Shown piece after piece: positions 49,501 through 63,596 of a DNA stretch of 64,000 nt. Each line of letters starts with the position of its first letter. The first letter of the stretch is position 1. A program made the translations under genes and the position numbers. The stretch is from Blasia pusilla (lineage: Eukaryota): the NCBI GenBank assembly GCA_050084515.1, contig CM114271.1, positions 18,662,001 to 18,726,000 on the forward strand, read 5' to 3'. The notes beneath the pieces are model-generated. The model had not been told where the DNA came from and did not search any database. It was given only the letters and a program-made list of their open reading frames with translations.

Positions 49501-52500
49501 TGAGGATTCGCCCCAGACACCCTGCTGATGAGTCCGTGGTGCAAGCCAAGGCGATAGTGACCGATGTAGAGTCTTACGACATCTTGGTTGGTGGAGCAAT
49601 GTTGCATCCGATAGGGTTTTCCCTGGATTACTGGGGGAGCCAACGTCCTACAGACCAGGATGGCACTTAGGTGATGGGCGCCTTAGCTCATTCTCCATCC
49701 GATTCACAAGTTAGAGATTGGTGATCGAGCGCTTCACTTCACCATATGGCGATGCCTCTCTGTTTTCTCGGAGAGATGGCGACCTTGGCATGGAGCGAAT
49801 ATTTGCACCAAAGCGTGATGGGTTAGAGGAACCCGAGAGTGCTATACTTATGCCCATCACTTGTCCTAGTGATTTGATTGAGGACATGTCCATGCAGGAT
49901 TACGCATGGGATACTCTTGTTCCTAACATTGCTATGAAGAGTTGAGTGTCCCTACCATGGCGTTGGACTTGCATAGGGCGATGGAGCGAGATAGAGCGTT
50001 GGGTTAGGAGGAAGAGAGTGCTATACTTATGCCCTTGGATACCACATTGTGTGGCGCATCTCAGATCGAGGAGGGTGGAGTGTTGGATCTCTTTGGAGGA
50101 TCAAGCACTAGAGCAACTATTTTCGCATGGAACAATACTTGTATGTAGAGATTGGTGATGTTAAGGCGCTTCACTTCACCAGAGTTAGCCTCTGATATTT
50201 TTCAACGCTTAGCCATTGGGCATGTTGGACTTGGATCAGGTAGGGCGCATGGAGCGAGATATTTGCACCAAAGCGTGATGGGTTAGAGGAACCCGAGAGT
50301 GCTATACTTATGCCCTTGGATACCATACCCATTGTGTGGCGCATCTCAGATCGAGGAGGGTATTCGAGTGTTGGATCTCTTTGGAGGGATCAGCACTAGA
50401 TTAGCAGCTATTTTGCATGCAGGATTACGCATGGAACAATACTTGTATGTAGAGATTGGTGATGTTGCGAGGCGCGCTTCACTTCACCATATGGCGTAGT
50501 TATGCCTCTGTTTTCTCGACTTGTTGTCTACGTCCGTTGTCCAAGGATACCAGAGTTCCCTACCATGGGATATTTCATTGCTGGGGACGTTGGACTTGGA
50601 TCAGGTAGGGCGCATGGAGCGAGATATTTGCACCAAAGCGTGATGGGTTAGAGGAACCCGAGAGTGCTATACTTATGCCCTTGGATACCATACCCATTGT
50701 GTGGCGCATCTCAGATCGAGGAGGGTATTCGAGTGTTGGATCTCTTTGGAGGGATCAGCACTAGATTAGCAGCTATTTTGCATGCAGGATTACGCATGGA
50801 ACAATACTTGTATGTAGAGATTGGTGATGTTGCGAGGCACGCTTCACTTCACCATATGGCGTAGTTATGCCTCTGTTTTCTCGACTTGTTGTCTACGTCC
50901 GTTGTCCAAGGATACCAGAGTTCCCTACCATGGGATATTTCATTGTTGGGGACGTTGGACTTGGATCGGGTAGGGCCCATAGATGTGGTCTTTGCTGGTT
51001 GGCCATGTTAAGACAAATCTAGTGCTTGACGAGGTAGCCAGTTAGCTCACACTTAGTTGAGGTTGTTTTGGGAGATGATGCGGATTTTGCGACACTTGCA
51101 AGAGCATCAGTCTCGTTCTCCAACATACATTCTGGAGAATCTACCAATTTTGGGCGATTCAAGGTCCCGCGTGGTGACGAGTGCATATAAGGTGCGTGCA
51201 TGGACCGGCCCGGCAATGTTTTTGGATGCGGCAAGTGTAGGTTTCTAGAGCACACTGCCCGCATCTTTGGTGGACCAACTTGGTCCCACGTGAGGTTTTG
51301 CGGAGGGCGTATGCGAGAGTGGTGCGCCCCTCCGATTTGTTGATGGATTCTATTTTGGATCCAAGTCGTCGATCACACGTAGTGAGGCACGATGATCAAC
51401 CGCCGATGACTATGGTCAACAGGGATGGCATGCCATGGGCAACCTTTCCCACATTGGTGAGTTTTCCCGCTTCCTATGCATTCAAGGAGGCCGGACCTGG
51501 CTTGGTTTGGGATGACGAGTCATAGCGGTTGGTGGAGCCCAACGCCGATGAGCGAAAGCACGCGATGGGATTTCCCACATGAGTGACGGCAGTACCATCC
51601 CTCTCAGAGGCATCACAATGTCATGTCTTGGGTCAGGCAATGGACCTGAATTGCTTGACATGGATTTTCAGCATAGGAGTGGCATGGCAAGGTCGACTGA
51701 GGATGCGACAAATTACATCTGTTGCTTTGGTGAGCCCCATGCCTACCAAGACGGTTGAGGCAGTGGATGGGGGCGAGACCCGAGGAGATCAACACACCAG
51801 AGATGATCGAGAGAGATACCCTTGGACTTCTTGGGATGTTTTGGAGGTACGCCAAGAGATGGTAGCCATAGCATTGAACGTGGTTTTGGGTACTGCATAT
51901 GGAGATCCAATTTTGCAATTGGCTGCACGGGAGTAGTCAAGTTTTTTTGTCCGAGATGGGGTTGCACCACCTGCACCCGCACCGGAGAGTTCTACCATAG
52001 TCACGATGGAGACTTGGGAGCCAGATGTGGGACCTAAGTTGACAGGAGGAGAGCGGCGTCGGATACATCGGTTTGTGAGGAGTTATGGGAGGTGTTTTGC
52101 ATTTATCATGCATGATTTGGGTACGCTGAAGGGTCCAGGGATCCGCATTGAGTTGTCAAGTGACACACCGATCTTCTGACAACCCTACAAGTACAATGAC
52201 ATGGAGAGGGCTTTGATTCAGAGTAGGAGCCAAGACTTGGTTGGAGCAAGACTAGTGGAGATGTCCCATGGAGAGTATGCATATGCCATTGTCATGCCCG
52301 CCAAGAAGGATATGCATGACAACTGGACGGATAGGCGGATGTGTGGAGATTACCAACCTATCAATTGGCACACGAAGTCCAATGGATATGTCATGCCCAC
52401 CCCTGAGGAGATCTTTGATGCAATTGGGCATGCAAAGGTCTTCAATTCATTGAATTTGCGAGTCAGATACCATGAGCTACCTATCAGATTGGAGGACAAG

Positions 52501-54197
52501 CGAAGAGCGGCATTTTGGGGCATCGATCATCACAAAAAGGATTGCTTGTACCAATGGCGGCTCTTACCATTCGGGTTAAGGAATGCCTTGGCTGAGTTTA
52601 AGTGGTTCATGGATAGGATCTTGGCAGGTCTGGATTTTGCTAGGTGTTATATTGATGACATCGTAGTCTTGAGCGCCATGGTTGAGGAGCATGAGCGACA
52701 TCTAGAGGAGGTGTTTCGACGATTGTAGTTATATGGGCTGAAGCTACTTCCAAGCAAGTGCAAGTTCTTCTATGACTAGATTGAGTACTTCGATCATACG
52801 ATACATCCAGGAGGCCTTGGTGTGCAGCAGACGAAGGTAGAGGCTATTTCACGCATTCCTTCCACGCCCTATACATGTAAGTAGAGTTCGTGCATTCATG
52901 GGATTGGCGAACTTCTATCGATGGTACGTCAAGGGTTTCAGTTTGATTGCAAAGTCACTAACCTTGCTGACCAAGGTGGATCAAGAGTGGCATTGGGGGG
53001 ATGAGTAGGAGAGAGCATTTCAACTGCTCAAGGATAAATTGGTGTCTGCACCCATATTGAGGAGACCAATCAGGGGACGTCCTTTCCAATTGCATACTGA
53101 TTGGAGCATGTTGGGGCTTGGAGCCGTGCTCATCCAACATGACGATGATGGTAGAGAGTTTGTGGTGGCTTACGCTAGTGGCTCGAACAACGCTGTTGAG
53201 GCGAAATATAGCTCATATGAGGATGAGTACTTGGTTGCGGTGTGGGCTGTCGCACATTACAAGTGTTATTTATTTGGCAACCCCTTTACCATCATTATTG
53301 ATCATCAGCGACTTAAGTGGTTGATGGGTCCGAAAAGCTTACAGGGAAGTTTGCAAGGTGGGCTCTTTTATTGCAGGAGTATGACTTCCGGGTCGTGCAT
53401 AGACCTAGAACACTCAACCAGGATGTAGATAGTTTGAGCCGTAACCCATGCTTGAGTTAGTAAGATGCAATTGGAGCTCGTTGGCATGGTGAGAGCAATG
53501 AGGAGTTGGTGCCAGGATGGCACCCGTCAGCCTATTTGGGCTTGTTGGCTATGGAGTGCCAGATTGTTGAGACTTCGATGGCGAGGTATGATGGAGAGGC
53601 CGGTGAGGAGACGACAGGTGGCTGAGACATTCACGACGATGGAGTGGTCTTGGAATACCTGCGTACTGGCAGCGTCGCGAGCACAATGGGTGCTAGAGAG
53701 CAGGATCGGATCCTACAACAAGCCAGAAAGTTTTGGTGGGAGGGGATAGATGTGTTGCGAGTTTGGGAGGATGGTAGAGAGCGTGTAGTGCCTCATCCTT
53801 TGCAGAGAGCACGTTTGGTGCATCATGCCCATAAGGAGTTGGGTCATTTTAGAATGAAGCGGACGTACAGATTGCTCTGGATACAGTATTAGTGGTGAAG
53901 CATGCAAACTGACGTTCAACAATTTGTTGCCAAGTGTATGGTGTGTAATCGAGTCCGAGCATCGTTCAATGCTCCGACTCCACAATTGCATCCACTTCCG
54001 ATTATGGGTTTAGGTTATAGATGGAGTTTGGATTTTGCAGGACCTTTGCCTTTGACGGAGCGCTATAGTTGTTATGTGTTTGTGATGGTTGAGCACTTCT
54101 CAAAGTGGATAGAGTTGAACTTTGATGATCATGATGTATGGATGCGAGCATGTTCTCACAGGGCTGAGTTGTTTCGGAGAGTGATGCCCATGGCGTT
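46558..54197 (+). mobile_element. Family-B element B3 (plus strand), 5'-truncated; gag-PR-DNMT-RT-RH-INT pseudogene; interrupted by A3
   Basis: Reverse complement of B1/B2; EFRSWCD, CWSCGGVH, IRVLDLFGGIST, FAGWPC, YILENLP, LGQAMD, CYIDDIVVL, LHTDWSMLGLGA, WSLDFAGP. Confidence 0.9.
50246..50975 (+). repeat. 365-bp tandem duplication (two near-identical units) covering DNMT motifs I-III of B3
   Basis: ORFs 50299 and 50664 are near-identical and 365 bp apart; partial scrambled copies lie upstream at 49712-50245. Confidence 0.9.
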
Positions 54198-54779
54198 TGT
54201 CGTGCAAATCCACATCGTCATACACATACATCGATGACATACCATACTCACATACATACATAACATAGATGAGAGCATCCACAAACACAAGAGTACCACA
54301 ACTGAAATCCGTGTAAGACCTACTATCATAAAATACGTATAGAATCACATACAATCAAGCCAAACCCACTCCACGATGGGAGAATCCAGGTCGAAGCTTG
54401 CGGGAACCACCATAGCCAAGAGCTCTACTCACTACCAAGGCTAACTCCCAACGTAATAGGCTCAACTCAAATAACTAATTGTTCTTTGAGTGCACTCCAC
54501 ACTATATCCTCCAACCTAAGAGCGGGCCCTACTGGAAAAGTCACCCTCAACTGAGTAACCCCCAACCCTATGTATGAAACCGCATCTCTACCTAGACACT
54601 ATGGCCCTACATAAGGAATGGCCTCTACTAGCACACTATACTCTACGACATAATCCGTATGGTCATGACAATTGTCGTGCGAATCCACATCGTCATACAA
54701 CATACATCGCTGACATACCATACTCACATACATACATAACATAGACGAGAGCATCCACAAACACAAGTGTACCACAACT
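54198..54779 (-). repeat. A3 3' terminal block: Y (54198-54303) + X (54303-54670) + AT + Y' (54673-54779)
   Basis: Same layout as A1 and A2. Confidence 0.93.
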
Positions 54780-54952
54780 CGCCCCCCTAACTGGCGGTTA
54801 GGTCCCTCTAACTCCCAGGTAGCCCTATACATCTACTACATGCTAAACACCTTCTTGGATGCACGAATCAGAAGGCCGGGTGCTAGGTTGCCCAATCGTT
54901 AGTCGCCCATCTGTAATCCATATCATGCAAAGATCAAGTCATCTACCTCTCC

Positions 54953-57900
54953 TAAGTACATCAAGGACAAACCCACCTTCCAGTAGGAACAACATCCATA
55001 TGTGGAGTCAAACACATCATGTGCCAACCCCTAGAACACCGATCATACACCAACATACGGGCTGCGTTACCAACAAACCCACACAACATGCACCTCAAGC
55101 TAGCATGTATCATGGCTAATCTTGGGTCAATAGTACCATCCAAATTTGGAAGATGACATGGCGCACAATTACGCACATGGTCCTTCCAAACAACTCCATC
55201 ATGACCCTCTAACATGAGAACTCCAGAAGCTAACACCTCTCGCACTCGTAAAATAGTGCGGCATGCTGTCACATCCAACATTTTCGGTGCAATCTCTTGC
55301 AAATAGACATAGTCCCCCACATGGAACCTACGAATCGATGGTCGATAACCTCCACCCCGAATGGTTGCATACCACAACGTATCCCTGTGTTGAGCAATGG
55401 CAAGATTCTAAAAGGCTGTTGGCATAACTCTCCAAAAGAGCTCTGCCCGCTGAGAACACACTCTCATCCATATCTCTGGGTCATCAAGGTTCACCACCTC
55501 ACTAGACTCCCGACAAATTGCTGCTAGAAAGTCTGGATCTCGGCCGTATAAAAGAAAATAAGGTGAGAAGGAAGCCAAGGATGCTTGGCGATTGAACCTA
55601 TACCCCATGGTTAACCATGGAAACTGAATATCCCAGTCTCCAAGATGCCCCTTTTGTAGGCCATACTTGCGCAATGCCCTCTTCACCATCTGAACCACAT
55701 GCTCAGCCAAACCATCCGCCTCTGGATGATCTCGAGACGTGGTCCGATGATCAATCAACGCCTTGTCACACAAGACCTGAAACTCACCCTGAAACTCTAT
55801 ACTCTGGTCGGTCAACACTTCCGCTAGTGCACCAAAATGACTAAGCACTCTATCAAGAAATGCATACGCCGTTCCCTCACCTGCCTTGTCAGGTAATGCC
55901 ACCAACTCAATCCACTTGGAGAAGTGCTCCACCATCACCAACACATATTGATGATGTCGTACAGTCAACGGTGACAATCCCGCAAAGTCCACATTCCAAC
56001 AGTAACCCAACCCCATAATAGGCAAGGGGTGTAACAGTGGTGTAGGGGCATTGAATGATGCCCTCACCCGGTCACAAACCATACAACCTAACACCAACTG
56101 CTGCACTTGAGTATGCATGCCACGCCACCAATATTGACCAAGGAGTAAGCTATACGTACGCTTTACCCCAAAATATGCCGACTCCTCATGGGCATGTCGC
56201 ACAATGCGCTCTCTCTAAGCCAAATGCGGCACTACTCGTACTCTACCATTCTCCCACACATGGAGAATATGTGTTCCCTCCAATCGATACCTCTTAGCAG
56301 GTTGAAGAACACGGTCTGGCTCCTTGGCACTCATTATGCCTGGCACCCTACTAGTCTGTAGGAACTCCAACACCAACGCATCATCATGAATATCACGCTG
56401 ATCCGTACCACCATCTCCAACCTTAGGATCTGAAGGTTGGCCATCTACCCTCTGACTAGAGTAAGATGTCATATGGTCCTCCATACTAGAGTCCACCCCT
56501 AACCAACATAAAAAGACGGATGCATGCCAACCTGGCACCATCTCCTCATCAACCTCGCCATGCCATGTAGCCCCAGTTGCATCCTCTTGGCTAGTACATG
56601 GGTTCCTACTCAACCCATCAGCATCAAGGTTGGCAACTCCAGGTCTATGTACCATCTGGAAGTCATACTCCTGTAAGATAAAGCCCACCGTGCAAGCTTC
56701 CCTGTAAGCTTGTCAGACTCCATCAACCACTTGAGCGGCTAGTGATCAGTAACAAGGGTAAACTGTGTGCCAAACAAGTAACACCTAAAGTGTGCCACAG
56801 CCCACACTACTGCCAAGCACTCTCCCTCATATGAATTGTAGCGCGACTCCGCTGCATTACTCGAACGACTTGCATAGGCCACCACAAACTCCATGTGATC
56901 ATCATCATGTTGTGTCAACACCGCTCCAAGTCCCAACCTACTCCAATCAGTGTGTAATTGAAATGGGCGCCCTCTGATAGGTCTCCTCAAGATAGGCGCC
57001 ATTACCAACTGGGCCTTGAGCTCCACAAAAGCTCTCTCCTGATCATCTCTCCAGTGCCACTCCTGATCTGATTTCAGCAATTGATTCAAAGGCTTTGCCA
57101 TTGCACTAAATCCCTTCACATACCTCCGATAGTAGTTCGCTAATCCCATGAATGCCCGAACTCTACTCACATCTACCGGATGAGGAATAAGTGTAATAGC
57201 CTCCACCTTTGCTTGCTGAACTCCCAAACCACCTGGATAGATCACATGACCCAAGTACTCTACATCCTCATGGAAGAACTTACACTTTCCAAGATGCAAA
57301 CATAGACCATGAGCTTTCAACCGGTCAAACACAATCTGCAAATGTACCTGATGCTCCTCCACCGTGTTACTGAACACCAAGATATCATCAATGTAACACC
57401 AAACAAAATCCAACCCTGCTAGGATCCTGTCCATCACTCTCTGAAACTTGGCAGGTGCATTCTTCAACCCAAAAGGTAAGAATTTCCACTAGTACAAAAA
57501 ATCCTTACCATGAGAGTTGACACCCCAAAATGTTGTCTTGGCCTTGTCACTCTCTCGAATTGGAAACTGATGGTATCTTGCCCAAAGATCCAAAGTACAA
57601 AAAATCTTTGCCTGTCCCACCACATCAAAGATCTCCTCAGGTATAGGCATGGCATACCTATCGGCCTTGGTCTGCCGATTGATAGGACGGTAATCTCCAC
57701 ACATCCGCCTATCCGTGTAGTTGCCATGCACATCCTTTTTAGCAAGCATGACAGTGGCTGATGCATACTCTCCATGTGACAACTCCACTAATCCAGCCTC
57801 CAAAAGGTCCAACGTCCTACTCTGAATCAGGTCCCTTTCCATATCACTATATCGGTAGGGACAACGGAAGATTGGCGAATCACTAGCCAAATCAATCCGT

Positions 57901-60900
57901 ATATCGGGTCCAACCAAAGCACCCAACTCCTTCATGCTAAAGGAAAAACAACTCCTATAAGCACGTAGGAATTGTGTCAAGCGTCGTTTCTCACCTCCCG
58001 TAAGCTTGGTCCCAAGTAATGGCTCCCAAGTCTCCTCCACTGGCACACTAGAGGGAGAGGATGCACCATTGGCTGCTACGCAATCCCCTCACAAGATGGT
58101 ACACCCTTAGCTACACCATCATCTGAGCAAATAACTCCTCCACCAGCATGAGCAACCAACTCCACATGCCCATCCATTACATACCATTTACTCCAAGGAT
58201 GCAAAATACTACTCTCCTCGCCCCCAGCCAATGCCTCTACCGTCCCAATAGCCATCGAGCTCATCACAAGGGGTGGAAGACCCACAGACATAGTCCGAAG
58301 TCGACGCTGCTCGGCCATACCAAGACTCAAAATCCAAGTTAAACAATTCAAGTCCATGGCCTGATCCAACACATGACGTCGTGAAGCCTCAGAAATGGAA
58401 GCAACCGCTGTCACACAAGTAGCAAATCCCATCGCACGCTCTCTCTCATCAGCGTTAAGCTCCACCAAATGTCGCACATGAGAATCCCATACAAGCTCGA
58501 GACCACCTTCCCTGTAGGCATGTGACGAAAAAACTCACAAATGTGGGTAGTGCCATCCTAGGCTGGCCCACACGGTTCACCACTGCCATGGGTGACCGAT
58601 CAATAACCCTCACCACCTGAGAAAGTCGCCCAGGATCCAAGATACTATACACAATAAGGCAAGGATCCCGCTGCACTGCATCATATGCTCAACGTAGAAC
58701 CTCCCTAGGCAAAAAGTTTGTCCACCACAAGCGTGGACGATGTGCACGCGAGCCAACTTGCACTTCATCCAACAACACTGCTGGTCCAATCCAAGACCGC
58801 ACCTCATGAACACTCGCCATCATCCGGGTCCAAGTATCACCCAACAATGGAACATTCTCCAAAATGTAAGTTGGAGCACGTGCTTGATGAACTTGAAGAT
58901 ATCGTAACACCCGTAATATCTCCCAAAACAATCGAGATCTAGGGTCATGTTATCCCTCACCACAACCAGCATGTGTATGACCCTGACATGGCCATCCAAC
59001 AATCACCAAATCCACAAGACCAACCCTCTCAAGGTCCTGCGCCCCCAACAATGCAATGTGTGATGGCAAAGCACGCTGGTACCCATGAATAGCTGATGGC
59101 GGCAACAACTCAGGATATCTCTGCACCAACTGACCAATATGTTGGGATGAGACTCTCTAGGCCGTCTCATCTCGCTCCACATACACGTATCTCTGCACAA
59201 GAATACCGGTTTGCAACACTGCAGCCAAACTAGCGCTAATCCCACCAAAGAGATCTAACACACAAATGCCCTCCGACGGATATTGCCATACAATGGGTGT
59301 AGTATCCAAAGGGGATAACCCAACTGGACCAGAAGTAGCAGTCCGCCGTGGAGCCTCCTCTTCCTCGTGAGATATAACAGCCTCATACCAAGCCTCCTGC
59401 ACTAGGCGATCACCCTCGTGCCGTAGTGCACCGCCTGAACTCCAAAGTGGCACATCCAACCATAAGGATACCACTGTCACAAAACTAGGGACCTCCTCTA
59501 CCTCCTCATGCACAGGAGAATCCATAGCAGAAAGGTTACCCTCCAAAAAGTCTCCTGGCCAAGTGACTACTCCACAAAAACTAGCCACAGATGCTAACAC
59601 TGTTGGGGAAGTCCCTCCTGGTCGAGCCCCATAAATAAATCTCACAAGAACCTGGCTCATACGTCCATCCCCGAACTGCCAACCAGGTCTATAAGATGTT
59701 GTCTCAGTCCAGTAGTCCATCTGAAAACCCATCGGGTACAATACTGCTCCTCCAACTAGTACATCTTACGACTCGGCTGATGTGACCACTAGCAGTACTC
59801 CCAACCGGGAGCTATAAGTCGCATGATTTGGTCTCAACTGTACAGACAACTTCTCCCATGTCATGAATTGAGACCTATCATTGGCTCCTCCAAGTGATGT
59901 TTGAATCTGGAATGGGCAAGGCTCAAGCTCTGACCTCCGAATACCCAAACCAATACATGCCGCCTTTCCCAACATCAAAGGTTGGGCACCAGAGTCTAAC
60001 AAGACTCTATACATACATATACCAAGTGTAAGCCTCTCACAATCAATGGCTGGCCGGGCTGGAAATGCATCCATCTTCGCCGCTGCTGCCTGCCAAGTAG
60101 CACTGGTACTCAATGCTACATCTGACATAGAGGGTTGCCCCACCGCAACACCCTCAACCACCTCAGCACATGTAGCAGTAACATCCCCACGTTCACACAA
60201 CGTGGCTGCTAGCTAAAATATAGGACCTAAGTCAACTCCTAAAGCCATCAGCTCAATGGCTAAAAACAATGGGGATCCCAACACTAAAGTTTCCATCCGT
60301 AATATTGCACTAGATGGTGCATCCGTGTCTACTACACACGATGTAGATGCCTCAGTCCCCACTGTAGGCTCAATAGGATGCGTAGGAACTATGGATGGAG
60401 TCCTAAGCACCTCAAACAACAAGAATGACTGGGGAAGCCTAGCCTGCCTCCCAACCTCACCCCTCAGTGGGTCCAACTCCACAGTAGCACCACGTGGCTC
60501 TGACGCTGGAGTGGCTCCTCTCGAATCGCACTGGTGATGCCTCAACTTTTGTCTTTGCACTCGCAATATAAGAGCGATCATCCCCTCCATAAGAGGTGGA
60601 AGCCCTTGCTCCCAAATCTGCTCTATGCTGGATACCAGCCATAGTAGCCAACTTCTGCTCCAACTGCTCAATCTTGGCAGCCATAGCTGACTCTGTCGTA
60701 GTGGTAGGGGTAGCCACCGTAGGCTCTCCAACCACTGGTCCACCTCTACCACCCCTACCACTTCTACCATCTCGGCCTCTCGAAGCTACTCCACCATGGC
60801 CGCAGCCTGATCTCAACTCTGGATGAAGATCAAAGCAACGCTCTTGAGGATGACCTTGTCTCCCGCAATGATCACACTAAGTTGAGACCGACTGAGGCCC

Positions 60901-62099
60901 ATCCTCCAAAGTCCGTCTCCCATCCTCTTGGGGACAAAACCTCCTAACATGATCACCTCCACATGTCCAACATGATTGTCCTTGCTGCGGGGCAGCAAAT
61001 GAAGGCAATGGTCTCTGCGCACGTGTCCCTCTAGGACCTAACTGAGGTTGTGTGTACCCTCGACGACTCCCACTACTACTACCACCACCACTACTCCGAG
61101 ATTGTGAGGTGGAATGCTGAACACGAGAAGTAGTAGTTGTATCCCTACTGAATGCGGATGTCACCCCTCTCTCCTTCACCATGTTAAGCTCAATCTTCTC
61201 AGATAGAGCAAACACATGGGTCAATGTGGGTGAATCATCACTCATAAGAGTAGGATCACATACCCTACGGCGCAACTCTCTGTCCAAGATCCCATACCAA
61301 AACTGGACTGCCTGAGCCTTTGTCAACCCTGGGTAACTGAAATCAAGCGTTGTATACGAGTGTATGCCTCACGAAGACTCTCACCAATCTTTCCCTCAAA
61401 TTCCTGAAGACTCCTCAACTTCTCTATCTTCACTCCCTGATAGTTCTTCTTCAACCTCTTGAAGAACTCTGCAAGTGGGCTGAACGATGGTGGGGCACTA
61501 GTACCTCCACTAGTACCCCCACTGGTAGCTCCATGGGTGCTTCCACTAGTACCCCCACTCCGGCTCGTACTCGTACCACTCAACGTCGGGCTGGCTGGCA
61601 TAGTAGGATCACTACTACGAATACCACCATGGGTGATAGACACATAGCCTGGAGACCAATATTGTCTCCACGCCTCAATCTCAGTAACATGGTCCTTCCT
61701 AAACTCATGGTAATCATCCATGGGTGGTCCCTCCAAGTGCTGAAACAACCCCTTCCAAGCCAAGAAGGGTGTAAACAACATGGCGTTCCGCAACATCTGC
61801 ATATCACACCACGTATCAAACTCCTGCATGAAGTCCTCCAACTCGATGGTGCCTATTGCACACGAGTATCATCGTGGGCCCTTCATGGCCCCATATATCC
61901 CGTTCATATCCGAAATCAATGGAGCTACAATACTTGATAACAACGTAGAAGACTCGGTGTTTGGAACACCCTCGTCCTCCTCTTCATCAACCGTCGGAAG
62001 TGGAAAAGGTAGCCGATACCTCAATCCACTCCGTGTAAAACCACCACTGTCCGCACCACGGTCCCCAACCAGACCACCAGACAGCTCCGTGATGACCAA
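54953..62099 (-). pseudogene. A3 gag-pol with DNMT (~58330-59270) and PHD (~54953-55095)
   Basis: EGICVLDLFGGISASLAAVLQTGILVQRYVYVERD; DLVIVGWPCQG (GWPCQ at 58983-58997); YILENVP; SRAHRPRLWWTN; ERERAMGF; WCYIDDILVFS; integrase HHCC and DDE remnants. Confidence 0.92.
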
Positions 62100-63596
62100 C
62101 GCCGATGCCGCACCACCACTAAGTAACCAAGTGACATGGATGTCGCTGTACTATTCTAGCTCTACTTGCTATGGATGTAGGCAACCTAACCTATCATCAC
62201 CATAAGAAGCCTCCCACGGTCTGCTGGTCATCACTCCATCCTCACTAATGGTAGTACACAGGAGTAACACTACTCTGGAAATCAGCGTCAACCCTAACAA
62301 TGGGCGTGCAAGCAAGAAGCAACGATGGAGGGGATCCAAACACAGGAAGTCCAAAGACAACCCTCCAATCTCAAATGGAAATCAAGGTAACACAATCCAC
62401 AAAACGTGGCGCCCCTTGAATCCACAAAACCCACCACATAATTCTAACGTAATAGCTACTCCGTCGCGGGTCGATGACGTGCTAGTCGGACTCGCAACAC
62501 TTGAAAATATCACCTGCATAGAGAGGCTACACTGTACTATGCGCTAGAGGTCCATCAACCAAAAACCTAAGATGCATAAAGCGCGTAACACATCTCCAAA
62601 CAACACCAAATAAGCTACACCAGTGTGTACACTGGCATAGTTAAGAACTCAGCAGTTGAGCATTTTCCAGGCAGAATAGCCCAAAGATGGGTGACCAGTT
62701 ATGCAACACTCAAATCACAAATCCTGCAAAAATTGCCTCACACCCAAGCAAGCAAGCTTGCTTGCTCCTTGCTCCTTACTCCGCCTCTCACGCCCACTCG
62801 CCCCGAGCTACCACGAGTTGCCTCGAAACGCCGAGAAATGCTCGAGACATGCCCCGTTCGCCACGCTTCGCCATGCTTTGCTATGCAGAGAGGCCCAACC
62901 AGGGCACCCCCAATGGGATAGGCATCTCCAATAACGGACGAATCACCAACCAACCAGCCCCTCTGGTCTGCTGTCCACCATAGCCAGACCTTGAGCTAGT
63001 CCGCAAAATTTTGATCAGCAATTACTCCACAAATCCTCAACCAAAATTGAATTTTTTTCAACCAAAATTCAATTGACTACCATAGCTATCTCTCCATAAA
63101 AAGTCAGCTACAACCGAGCTTTGTACTCTGAGCTAAAAATCAGAGAAACTTGCTGTCCATACACCTCTAGAATCGCAAATCCGACAGCGCTTCCGCCCAG
63201 TTTCATGCACGTAGAAATCCGCAACGCTCCACACACTCAAGCAGATAGCTTCACATGAGATCACAATACAAGTAGCAACAGGAACCTCTCACCCGATCTG
63301 GATGAATTTCAACAGAGCTTCCGCACTCCAAGCTCTCCACATCAGAAAACCGTCGAACACAAACCAAAATCTTCAATCCTTGAGAACTTCCAACTCCCTT
63401 GACAAAATCCGGCGATCTAAAGCGCGTTGGAAAGCTCTCAGCAAGTTTCTTCTTTCCCAACCAACCACGCACCAGATTCCTACCTCCAACATAGGCCACA
63501 AGCCACGAACATCCACGGCTGAGTACACAATCAGCCCTAACCAAATCCTACTGATCCACAATCGAAGCTACCATCGATCTACTCCAGTTCTTTGAG

